A stretch of DNA of 64,000 nt from contig NW_024704742.1 in NCBI RefSeq assembly GCF_018977255.1, forward strand, positions 112,036,001 to 112,100,000. Direction: 5' to 3'. A program made the translations under genes and the position numbers. The stretch comes from Callorhinchus milii (lineage: Eukaryota). Positions 52,840-64,000 of this stretch are shown here, in pieces; within the stretch, counting starts at the first letter, position 1, and every line of letters starts with the position of its first letter. A model generated the notes under the pieces. That model worked only from the letters and a program-made list of their open reading frames with translations. It was not told the DNA's origin and ran no database searches.

Positions 52840-53067
52840 GACCGTGCCTTCAGCTCCCCTCTCGACTCTCTTCCCCTTCCTCGCTCCCTCCCTTCCCTCC
52901 CCTCACCCTGACCATTTCCCCCCTCCTCTCTCCCTCCCTTCCCTCCCCTCACCCTGACCATTTCCCCCCTGCTCGGGTCATGACCCAACTGTGCAGCGCC
53001 TTGGGACGTCCTCCTGACGTGAAAGGCGCTCTATAAATGGAATCTTGTTGTTGTTGTTGTTGTTGTT
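52840..53067 (+). mobile_element. L2-type LINE 3' end with internal ~45-bp tandem duplication
   Basis: Translates DRAFSSPLDSLP (cf. L2 DRAFS...WNSLP); duplicated CTCCCTCCCTTCCCTCCCCTCACCCTGACCATTTCCCCC; tail CAGCGCCTTGGGACGTCCTCCTGACGTGAAAGGCGCTCTATAAATG plus (TTG)n. Confidence 0.8.
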
Positions 53068-53070
53068 ATA

Positions 53071-53435
53071 CAGTAAACCCCTGTCTCACTGGACTCTGGC
53101 TATCTGGAATTCATACCTAACTGGACTGCGCCCGAAACTGAAATTTGAAAAAAAAATTCCCACTGGCCTCACGCCTCACCATGCTTGCTGGCCTTCAGTG
53201 GTCAGAGATATCCACTTTGACTCAGTTTGAATCCTGTGAGCAAATTATAGTTTATTCACTATCTTCTGCTTGCGGGATTCAAACAATGCCAGCACTGGCC
53301 TTTACCCACATATTTTGGCGCCGTTTTGCTTGCAGCTGGAAAAAGCCAGTAAATACTGGTAAATGCTGGAAATTCCAGCTCACCAGACTTGACATACCCT
53401 CCCACCCATTGGTCTGGCTAGCTGGGGTTTTACTC
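53071..53435. mobile_element. Tc1/mariner (Tigger/pogo-like) MITE
   Basis: TA|CAGTAAACCCCTGTCTCACTGGAC at the left end and GGTCTGGCTAGCTGGGGTTTTACTC at the right end form degenerate TIRs beginning CAGT; no coding capacity. Confidence 0.65.
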
Positions 53436-55784
53436 TGGAATTAGGAGAGCAAAGTGCGTCTTTCCAGGAGAGATAGCGCACTCTATTCCAAACTCAGGAA
53501 AATGCCCATGTGACATATGTCCTTGAGGAACTCTACATCTGGTTAAGATACTTTTGTCACGATGATGGATTTCCAAACGTGTCAGACACACGGTTGACCA
53601 AAACAAATTCTTATTCTTCCTGGTTTTTAATAAAATTTCATTGTTCTGTAATTTCTGATAGTTGAAGGTAATTTTATATTAAAAAAATTAGATCCAGTGG
53701 TACTTTTAAAGTTTCTGATGGGATTACATACAATTGTGCAGCATTGTTCCAGAATTCCACATTATTCTTGTTGCAGTTTTAAAATATCCCTGTTTCTAGT
53801 ATCCATGTTGTGCCACACTGCTAGATTTCAGCCCAGTTTTGATTATTTATAGAAACCAGAGTTTCATAAATAATTAGTCTTTCTTTTTGCTGGAAATGTG
53901 TTGATTTTGCAGTATTGATTTACAGAATGCGTGAAAGCAGTTTTTTTAATGAGTTAATCTTTATTATTATAGTAACTCACGTCAACAGTGTGCTGTGTTT
54001 TCTATGCAGAATTACAGGATATCAATTAAACAAAAAATAACTTCCAGTCATTCCGGGTTTACGAGCATATAAACAGCCCTCTGTTGAGTGAATGCAGAGA
54101 TCCCAGGTCAAAGGATTAATGGCCGTTCTGTACTGCTCTTTATACTGAGATTCAGCGTAAAAATTCCAACAAATCACTGCAAAAAAACTCCATCTAAATT
54201 GGGGTTGAGCAGTACCATCTGAAAGTGACTCACATAGCTGTGGAGACCACCTTGAGAAGGTGGTTTGAGCACTCCACCGATTCGCACCACTGCAGTATAA
54301 TTGCAGGCAGTGTGAATCAATTTGGGTTTTGCTTAGAAATGATCCCTTAAAAGTAAAGTGCTTCCCAAGAACATTAATGGGACAATGTTTTAATGTTATG
54401 AAAGAAACAGTTGCGTGATATTTAATATCATTAAAGAAAAATGAAGATTGGGTCACAGTTGTGTTGAGAATTCTCCTCACTATGAATGCTGCTTCCTACT
54501 CTGAATCACCTTGCTGCTGGAACCAATGCTGCATTACTTCCAGCTGAATAAATGCAGGAGCCAAAGGCACTTGGGTTAAATGAAAGTTATCGGTTACTGT
54601 ACTTTATTTTTGTACAAATTGGTGAGAGAAAATTTTATCTATAGAAGAGTTGTGATCCAGTAAGTTGCCTTTAATATAGTATTAGATCTACCATATGAAG
54701 GATATGTCATTTCCTTAACATATGGTTTGAAATAAAACCTAGTTCATATTACACAACACAATAGCACTTCAGCTTGAATGGCATGATTCACTTGTGGGAG
54801 CGTCCCTTTGAATTCAGCTGCCGTATAATGCCATATAATACATTTACTGCTGCTCTATGCATTATAAAGAACAACACTGTTTCAATGGGATAGCACAACT
54901 GAATTCAGATAACATTGAAAAAAATATTTTTACCTTTGGACCAAGAGATTACCCTATATCTTTTGATGTACTATTGTCTTGCAATACACTACAATCTTTG
55001 TGTTACCCAATATGGAAGTACTATCTAGCATAGCTCACTAACCCAGCTAAAAGTCAGTTTAGTAGTTCAATAGGGCAACAGAAAAATATTTTTAGCTAAT
55101 TTTGAAGTCCAATGCCAGAAAATTCTCAGGACAATGTAGAAAAGAATGATGTTCTACTTACATAGTGGGCAAGGGCTAATTTTGATTGGCAGTCAACTTG
55201 ATAAATAATCAGGCAACGAATTGTGATTGACAATAAAGCTACTAATGATGAAATGAGAAACACATGATTGATAGAAAATTGGCAGGGTTGTATTTTGTAA
55301 GATAATTTTACAGCTGTTAAAAATAGAGTGTACAGTGGCCCTTACAATAAAACTCTAATAAATCTTGGTGGTGATCCTCCAGTCATCAGTAAATTTACTG
55401 AACATGCCAGGAAAACGTAGCCCATATCATTATAAACTTGTATCGTCAAAATCGGTAAAATTTACTGACCAACAGAGAACCTTCACTGGGTCCCAAAAGT
55501 ACAGATTTAATCAAAAAAAGGTTTTGACTTTTATAGAATCAATATAAATATTTTCAGGTTGTCAAAACTTTCCAATATAGCAATCATTTCAATAATGCGA
55601 GTTGGGCATTGTTAATGCAACTTTAATGCTTGTAATAGTCCTACAAAAATTCAATCAATTTTTTTTACTATTACACAAAAATACAGCAAGTTGCTTATAA
55701 ATGGAACGAAGGGAAGTTGAAATTGAGATTTACACCTACCAGTGGTGAAAGCCAACTCACAACTGTTAAACAGCACAGAATTGA

Positions 55785-56012
55785 CTTGAAATCTACTGCA
55801 GATCAATCAGCATCTGAAAGAGAAATTTGGGCTAATGTTTGGGGTGTGACACTTCATCATAATATGATAGTTTGGAGCAAAGAGTTCTTCTGAGGAGTTT
55901 ACCCAAAATGTTAATTTATCTTTCTCTTACAGATGTTGATCAACCTGTTTTCATTTCCACTATTTGGAGAATTTAGATTTCAGATTTCCGTCTTTTGTAG
56001 TTTTGCTTTTTA
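55785..56012. mobile_element. Penelope-like element remnant: inverted pseudo-LTR pair
   Basis: CAGATCAATCAGCATCTGAAAGAGAAA (55799-55825) pairs 22/27 with TTTCTCTTACAGATGTTGATCAACCTG (55921-55947). Ends in ATTTCAGATTTCC..TTTTGCTTTT as in recalled shark Penelope repeats; decayed hammerhead cores on both arms. Confidence 0.6.
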
Positions 56013-57059
56013 TTTCTAAAGCTTCATTATGCCTTACTTAAGATATCTGCCTATGAATGGGAGTCAAAGTTACATTTACCAGTATTGAACTGGAATGGGT
56101 AGCATCAGCCTTCTCTATACTGTGACCTTTGCTATAATACTCTTTACTTTCAATCCAAAAGGTGTTGCAATACAGAAGGACAAATTTACTGACGTACAGT
56201 TCTACAGTTTATTTTTGGCAGGCTTAAAATATATATCCTATGACTTTGTAGTTCAAAGTGCTCATCTTTTAAAATAATTCCTATCTCAGAGATGAACAAA
56301 TGTAATAATTAGCTCCTCCATCTAAGTCATGTGACAGACATTTTATGCTGTCACTAGGAATTTTGCTGATACCATGCAGTCACGTTGTAATGCAATGTGC
56401 AATGTCGTGTGACGAGTATGTACTGACTAGCATCCACTGACACAAAACCGGAGGCCACCACACACCGTTATTGTTGACCAGAAATTATGTCATAGGCTAT
56501 AATATATAGAATAACATATTTTTGGAGCGAGGTATAAGCCTGTAATCTTGATGATTTAAATGCCATAAACAATAAAGGTGTAGTTTGATCAGTGATTTAT
56601 TAACATCTGAGGTTTGAGATCAGATTGTTGCCTTGACCAGCTCCTGAGTGTTTATTTCTATCTTCATTTCTTTTTAAGATTTCATAATATCCAGTACATT
56701 GATTTTTCAATATCAGTGTGTGTCATAGTGCTATGCTACGTACAAGGGGATGCCATGACTTTACCATGGGTAAAAATGCCAGTAGCTCAGGAGTGCTAAA
56801 TATGTGTCTGTTTTGGACAGGCATCTTAGAATAACAGGTATAAATTGTACAAGAAGGAACAACATCGAAAGCGATGCCCCCAAGCTAATCAACTGAAAGA
56901 AAACTGTGGTGACTAAATTCTATCAAATGCTATCATATCTACAGGACTTTTACTGAAATACATAGGGAGTGGTAGGGTGTGGGTGTGGGTGATTGTGGCT
57001 AAATTTACTGACCTTGAATGGTTGAGCCTAATACCAAGAAAATACCTTTAGGCATTTTG

Positions 57060-57182
57060 TAGCCGTTTGCCCACAAATTACACAAATACTTCACTTTACA
57101 GTATATCCTGCAAAATGCTTTGAGATGACCTCCCAATGTGAAAGACCCTGTATCGCATTTAAGAATTATTAGAATTGTTATT
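57060..57182 (+). mobile_element. degraded tRNA-derived SINE 3' fragment
   Basis: GCCCACAAA...TTCACTTTACAGTATATCCTG...TTTGAGATG...GTGAAA. Confidence 0.75.
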
Positions 57183-57384
57183 AATAACAATCTTGAGATT
57201 AATTGTGGGGAATAGTGAGTTGTAGAGTTGGACATTGTGTGACAACCCCAATGGGGTTGTAGAAAGGATAAAGGATGTGTGACGGACCCATTTGACACTT
57301 TGGAAGAATAAGAGAGAACGTTTGGAGGAGTAATGACCACATTAATATCAATGAAATAGAGACAGGAAAGATTGTGACAATGAA

Positions 57385-57560
57385 AGAGAGACAGTGTCAG
57401 CTGGTGTTCCAGGAATCCTTCCTTTCTATATCCATCAGTAATATTCCTTTTTACATGAACAGAAAATCAGAATATCACTGGCAGATTACATCTTGCCATC
57501 CACAATGCAAAACAGCTCTAGGGTAACTCTTGACTGCAGGCAATGGAATTGCTGACCACC
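57385..57560 (+). mobile_element. possible degraded CR1/L2 reverse-transcriptase fragment
   Basis: GTGTCAGCTGGTGTTCCAGGAATCC reads VSAGVP(G), like the LINE RT GVPQGS motif; frame broken. Confidence 0.3.
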
Positions 57561-58404
57561 CAAGCACAAGAAAATCCAACTGTTAAACTCACAAAGGATT
57601 AACCAATCTAAATGATCCTAAAGCTATTGAAATATTCCAGTTACAAGAAATAGAAGCATAAAATAATTATTTTGCACTTGAGGAAAAATTATTTGGCCTG
57701 CTTTATAGGTAAGTGAAAAAGGAAGGGAGGATGAGTATTCTGGGGGGATAAGATCCAGAAGGCTGAAGAGGATTATCATCTGAAACCTCTTTTTGTGATC
57801 TTTTGAAATGTTACTTTTAATAGGTAGTAAATTGGGATTGAAATATGATATTCATAAACCAGAAGTCACTCACTAATTGTAGCTTTCTGTTTGTCAATGA
57901 ATTTATGTGATCATTTTAAAATGAGNAAAAAAATTCAAAGGCAAAATCTTGACCAGAATGTTAAAGTCTGGCAAGGGACATTTTGGAGCTGGTGCTGTGT
58001 TTTCTGACCTTTCATCAGGCTCTTTAGGCCTTTTCTCTGCTGATAAACAACCTGAAAGAAAAATGTTGTCCCCAATTGTGATTTCTGTTTTTTCGAGTGA
58101 TTCCGAATGATTGTGATTCTGAGTACCACATTTCCAACTTCATTCTTATCACAATAAGCATCACTTTAGTTATCAATCTCTTTTAGTCTAAAGGTCTTGA
58201 GCCAGCGGAGTTTGACGACCCCAAAATAAAACCAATGTATATTATATTGGTGCTTGGGATGCTGCTTGAGAAAGATTGTAAGTGATGGACATTGGCTACA
58301 GGATAAGTACGTCATGTTACAACAAGATTTTTAGCTTCACATTTAATTAGCTTTACATTCCAGTAATTATTTGAACATGACAGCAAAAAATCACACTGTA
58401 TACA

Positions 58405-58560
58405 GAATCATCGAATTTTTCAGCACAGTTTTAGGCCATTCAGCCCATTGTGCTGGTGTCAGCTCTCTGTAAGAATTGTCTTTTTCGCCCACTCCTTTTC
58501 CTTTCCCAGTAACCTTTTACACCTTTTCCTTTCAGATATTTGTCTACTTCCCTTTTGATC
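58405..58560 (-). mobile_element. CR1 LINE 3' fragment
   Basis: AGAATCAT..CAGCACAG..AGGCCATTCAGCCCATTGTG...TATTTGTCTACTTCCCTTTTGA, reverse-strand CR1 3' end. Confidence 0.65.
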
Positions 58561-58979
58561 ACTGGACCATCTTCTCGTTTCTAATGTTTAAAAAGCAATA
58601 ACTACCATATTCACTTGTTTTCACTGTTACAAATGCTACTGACAGGTAGAGAGCAGTGAGCAAATTACTTCATGTGCATTGCAGAGCCCCACATTTGCAT
58701 GCACAGAACTCTGTCATTTCCCAGTCAAAAACATGAGGTGAAATAAATTAAAATCTTATCCCTTTTTTTGGACTAATAATAGGCCTTCAACCCATCAATG
58801 GGATTTTCGGTCTCTTTTTGAACTGCTGGATGGGGAGGGGGTTTAGTCAGCCAGGTAACTGAAACATTTTGAAACATATCAATAAGTTTAATGTGTTAGA
58901 CACAAGGTGGCGAGAGCCAAGGCTTGGGGGTCCCAGGGTGTGTGAGTATTGCTGGAGTTCAACCTGCTAAGATAACATA

Positions 58980-59180
58980 GCCTGCCATTCCCACTCCTTG
59001 TCCAGCTAGAACAACCCAATCTGTTAGGGTTGTGGCTTGCAGAGTTAACAGTAGCTGAGTAGGAAGAATGCTTGCCCGAGTGCAATAGATTGTAATGACC
59101 CTCAAGTCCTGTGACAGGTTGGCTGGATTGACATAGGCAGTGCCTTGGATCACTGCTGCCCGCTTTATTCAGAAACAGGA
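58980..59180 (-). mobile_element. unclassified dispersed repeat domain (copy 2, more diverged, with insertion)
   Basis: Homologous in reverse orientation to 52590-52790. Confidence 0.65.
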
Positions 59181-59964
59181 CGACCAAAGCCACCACAGAG
59201 GATTGACTCGATTCCTACTTCCATTGCCAAGCATGTCACCTTGGAACCAACTCAGCTCCAAAGAGACCTCTTACCTCTTCCCCAAGGAAGTTCCTCCCGG
59301 TATTTGCTTCTCTGCTTGGCATTCCAGCCTCTGACACTTCTCTCCCCAGCTTCACAATGTGTAAACACACCTTTACAGTATGTGTGAGCCTCTGCATCTC
59401 AAGATTGAGCCATGTCTTGAGATGTATTAATCCATTGATTCCATTAAGTACTGCTTCGTGGCAAATTTGATATTGACTAATTTATTGCTTAGGTTTTTTT
59501 TGTTTGAAGGTCTAATTCTGCAGTGCAACAGCAGTGGATTTGATTGCTATGTGCACAGTGACGTTCACAATGAACGCCCACTGTTTGCACTGAATGAGGG
59601 AGAACATAAAAGATGTACTGTTCTGCAGCTATCTGCAAAGAGACTCAACATCGTAACCATTATTCTATATTTCATTGTGACATGTATCGATATTGCCGAG
59701 AATTGTTGTTGACAAATCTTTTGAAGGCGCAGTAGTCAATAAAACATCAACAGCATGCAAGGAAGCCAGGATATCCTTTTTTGTTATTTATCCAGTGGGG
59801 TTAATTTAACCGACAATGAAGCCGGCATTATTAACCACATGTAAATAGGCCATTGTGTGAGTCTGAAATCCAACACAATTCACTGTGAAGCACTGTGAAC
59901 ATTCAATTCAATGTTGAAATCATTACAATCGGAGAGGAATGGGAAACATTAATATTATTTTATT

Positions 59965-60075
59965 TTCACCCACAAAATATACATTCGATTCTCTTTACAG
60001 TATATTCTGTGAAGCACTTTGAGACGTCTTGAAGAGGTGATAAGATGCTACATCAAATTCAAAGATTATTATTAT
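59965..60075 (+). mobile_element. tRNA-derived SINE 3' fragment
   Basis: CTTTACAGTATATTCTGTGAAGCACTTTGAGACGTC...AAAGA(TTA)n. Confidence 0.88.
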
Positions 60076-62299
60076 TTTTTATTTTTGTACGTTTCTTAAC
60101 CATTTCATTTATTTTCATCCACCTTTGTGTTCTCTTGTGCCACACTCCATTTTCAGACTGGTGATCTGCTCCCAGCCTCTGCCTGTTTTACTGTTGAGCT
60201 GTATAATAATAGGTATGTAACACTGGCAATGGCCTGACTGGGTGACTGGTGTTCCCGGCTTCCCTTTCTATGGAGGAATGCCTTACATCTGCTCGACACC
60301 TCCCACAAGCAGCACAGCATAAATCGAGAGTGGGGCATTAGAGGATGCAAATTAAATTTGCCACCATTTTAATGTGATGAATGAACCTGTGTGAAATAAA
60401 AGGCTAGGATTAAACCCCATAGCTACATTTAAAAACATTGTTAGTGTCAATGTGTGTTATTTGAAATTCAGCCTCTGAAGAGTACTGTACCTCTTTAAAA
60501 ACCTGACTGCACAAAAGATTTAAAATTGGAAGCAAAAAAAATCCCCTACACATTTAAACTATTCTTCCTTTGTTTACAGACCACGCTTTGATTTGTTTCC
60601 CATTTCACAGCATAGATTTTCTTCCATCCTGTAGTTATGATAGGTAAAAATGCCTATTAGGCGATGTCTCCTCTCAGAGCCGGCTTCAATACACCTCATT
60701 GTTAGCATGTAACCAGATGCTAAACTAAAATGCTTGATCTTTTTCAGGAGAAAGCTTTTATTTTGTACAAAGATAAGGCAAGCCGGGGAAATGATTGTTC
60801 CTTCCTTTCAGAAAAAAATACAGTAAAAGTACCTGATGTCGGGATATCTTAATTCGAACATCAAAACATGCCTAAATCTAAAGTTGGTTTCATGTTTAAC
60901 ATCTTCAATTTAACGTTGGGCCATCTGAAATTCAATACTCGCACTGCTGACAAGTAAAATCCCCAACTGCTTGTATGCATTTACGTGAGGCTAATTGTAC
61001 AATTCAGTTAAACTTTATCTCCAGACACAGCCCTCTTGGCCAGTACTGCTGAAATTGCTGTAATATACTAGTACAAGCTCAATGAGCATTGTTCATAAGT
61101 TTAAATCTGTTATAAATTAACTTTACTACAGTTAATACAATTTATACAAATCAAGAGGAAACTGGAAAATCCATCATTTAGTCTAGTTTGGAGGGAAATT
61201 GGACATTAAATGATATTGATGACACGGCGAATAGTAGTAGCTTTATTGCGAGCAATATTGTTAGAACACAATGGTGGTTCTGTTGCATGTCTATAATAGT
61301 GACAATGTCCAGTCTCCTTGCTGATCGCTACAGACAGTACCTCTTTTATATCCGACTAGTCTGGTGCAAAACTGGGAACATTCATTGTGCAAGCTAACAT
61401 TTATAAGCACATGACAAAAAATGTTGCAATTTTGTTCTGTGTAGTCAGCATAATCTTCCTAGTATATTTTGATTTGTTAGAAACAGAAACTTAAACAGTT
61501 TTTGACTGGCTGGGAATAATTACTGTTTGGTACTCATTCATAATGTTTTCATTTGCAATGGGCAAAAAAAAATCAAACAGCTCTTTGTGCAATGATAACA
61601 TTTCTATGTAAAGACAATGAGAGGGTAATTGAGATGAATGTCAGGACTATTTTTTTATTCCTTTGGACTTTTCAAATGTAGGAGGCAGCGTAATGGATGT
61701 AAGATATCAGAGGAAATGTCCCACCCATTTCTGACGCATAATTCAGGATTAGAATGTAATTGTATCCTACCACCAGACTGTCACTAGCTATAGTTGTTTC
61801 TTGTAGCTTTGCACTAGTGATGACAGGTAGTTTGCTTGATCTGGCTATACAGGCGATTCAAAATGCTGCATTACTAGTTTGACACACTACTAGAGCAACA
61901 CAAACATGGAAGTTAAATCAAAAGTTGCTGATAAGTAAGAGTTCTGTTCAAATGTTGTTCGCAGTATTTACCATTTTAAGGCTATAAATAATTTGCCAAT
62001 AATGGTGCAAGTTACATGAAGACAAGCATAAAGATTTGCATCCTCTGTAATCCTTGGGTGCTGACAGCCCATTGCGGCATACTGTCCAAGTGTGTATGCT
62101 GCTAATCCTGTAACTTTGGAAATATTTCTGAGAACACGTTTTGTATTGCAAAGCTAAATTACAAAAATACAAGATGTTGATGCAACACATTGGATCATGA
62201 GTAAAATAGATGTGGGACCCACAACCTACAGCATGTTGAGTGCCCGTTCTCAGAACTACTGCTGTAAAATCCACTCCATTTCCTCACAGTCATGGATTT

Positions 62300-63480
62300 T
62301 TGGAACAGAGTAAAGAAAAGGATAGGAAACCAAGAATAGGAAGGAAAAAAGCTAAAATGGGAGAAGATGAAAGAAAAATGAATGGCGATGTGGGAAAGGA
62401 GAGAAAAATGAATTACAGGAAAACTGGGAAAAGGGAAAGAATTGAAACCAAGGACACAAGGAAAAGGGGAGGGAGAAAAATAATACAGAGAGATCAAGGA
62501 AAAATTAACAGAATGGAGAGGAGAGAGAATGACTGAGAGACGGTGAATTAAGGAAAAGAACATGGACACCATAAAAAAGGAAAAAAGAAAGCATAAGGAG
62601 ACCAGGAAAAATACAGAACAAAGGGGAAAAAACAGAAAACTAGGAATATAGCAACATAGGAAATAGCAGACCAGGAAAAGGGAGGAAAAGTACATGGGTC
62701 ATCAGGAAATGAAAAAATAGAGGAAAAAGCTTAGAAATAACAAATAGGGAAAGTATGCAGCAAAATAAGAGCAAAAGGAATCAGAACACACAGTGAAGTA
62801 TACGTCGGAAACAAATGGAAAGGAGAAAAAGATAAGGGGAAACAAGGAAAAAGGGGAAAACAGTGAGCTCAGGATAATGAGAGAAAAATAGAATGGAGAG
62901 ACCAGAAAACACAAGGAGACTGGGAAAAGTGGAGGGAAGAATAAATCATAGGGATAGCAGGGATAATATTAATAATAATCCTTGCATTTGATATAGCACG
63001 TTATCACATCTTCTAGACATCCTAAAGTGCTTCACAGAATATACTGCAAAGTGAATTGACTGTCTATTTTGTGGGCAAAACGTGGCAACCAATTACACAC
63101 AGCAGTATCCCACAAACAGTCGTGGATTCAAGTGATTAATTTATTATTATTTATTTATTTTTTGGAAGGAATTATTATCCCCAGAAAAGTGATCCGCCAA
63201 TCGACTAACAACTGGGTTCCTACTTACTGCTAGGTAAACAGAGGCATCTGAAGTAAGGAAACTTGTCTAACATTTTGCCCTGCTTGGAATCAAGCCCAGG
63301 TCTCTTGCTTGCGAGGCAAGTGCTCTAACCATTGAGATACAGGACTCCTTACAGAAATAAGGGGAATGAGAGCAAAAAACATAGGAGAATCAGGAAATAA
63401 GCAATAATCAAGATCAGAAAAAGAGAGAGGAAAGACATATTCAGGGAGCCCAAGAAAAAGTGAGAGGAAAAAGAACATCA
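62300..63480 (+). repeat. A/G-rich low-complexity tract interrupted by a SINE
   Basis: Strong purine bias on + with recurring AGGAAA/GGAGAC(C)AG/GGAAATAG words on both sides of the SINE. Confidence 0.8.
62970..63347 (-). mobile_element. full-length tRNA-derived SINE
   Basis: Minus strand GGAGTCCTGTATCTCAATGGTTAGAGCAC...GGCTTGATTCC head, central segment, body and (ATT)n tail. Confidence 0.93.
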
Positions 63481-64000
63481 GACCTATTTATCCATTTTTT
63501 ACTGGTCCTAAAAAATGACAAAGAATTAACAAATTTGCATTTTTTTGCTTTCCATGATGCAAAAATAATTAAGCCTGGTTAGAAATACTTATTTTATTTA
63601 TCAACTGAATTGAATCACAATAAATCAATTTTACTCAAATAATGTAGTGCCATGTGATGTGCCTCCAGTCTGTGCTAGTGCCACCTTTGTTCCATCTGCT
63701 GCTCCAGCCTATGCTTTGGGCCCCAACTCATCCCCTCCAAGCAGCAGCAATCCACTTATTATGAATGAGGAGCTGTTCCAGGTGCTGACAGGTTGATCCT
63801 GGTAGCGCCAATTGTCTCTGAGGTTAGTGCAAACTGGCACAGGAATGACTGCAGCTATGTCACATACAGACACCAGAGTGTGGGTCACGTCACCAGGGCT
63901 CAGTGCTGCTGCAGACCTTGTGTACACCTGAGAGTGCACTGACTCCCTATTTGCTGCTCTACTACTCTCCCTGGCTAGCTCCACTACTCCTGAGTGTTTC

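Noticed and set aside
57995..58022. Minus-strand CTGATGAAAGGTCAGAAAAC hammerhead-like fragment
   Set aside because: Stem II cannot form; at most a Penelope remnant.
62195..62914. Phe/Leu/Ser-rich minus-strand ORFs resembling membrane proteins
   Set aside because: Artefact of the purine-rich tract.
63690..64000. GC-richer stretch with a 91-aa minus-strand ORF at the window edge
   Set aside because: No recognisable product or splice context; probably an old TE fragment.

Overview
Non-coding, AT-rich vertebrate genomic DNA. The repeats look chondrichthyan: tRNA-derived SINEs with (ATT)n tails, shark-type CR1 3' ends, L2 tails and a Penelope-like inverted pseudo-LTR. Elephant shark (Callorhinchus milii) is the best guess, by inference only. 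No ORF supports a real protein-coding gene; the long ones come from low-complexity repeats. The one unambiguous gene is a miR-9 precursor at 12003-12090 (+) with perfect miR-9-5p and miR-9-3p arms. Its flanks and loop best match mir-9-2, suggesting the ortholog of the MEF2C - LINC00461/MIR9-2HG - TMEM161B interval. The first ~19.5 kb is CpG-retaining and free of recognisable transposons. It holds promoter-like islands, a candidate host-lncRNA exon (3481-3670) and an ~840-bp AGCT/GGCT-rich, Ig-switch-like G-rich repeat 1 kb upstream of the miRNA. The remaining ~44 kb is a CpG-depleted gene desert with SINE/LINE/MITE relics, enhancer-like blocks, two long palindromes near 38.3-38.7 kb (one pre-miRNA-like), an unclassified repeat present twice in opposite orientation, and degenerate ribozyme-like motifs. 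I cannot demonstrate a new biological system from sequence alone; the best leads are listed under findings.
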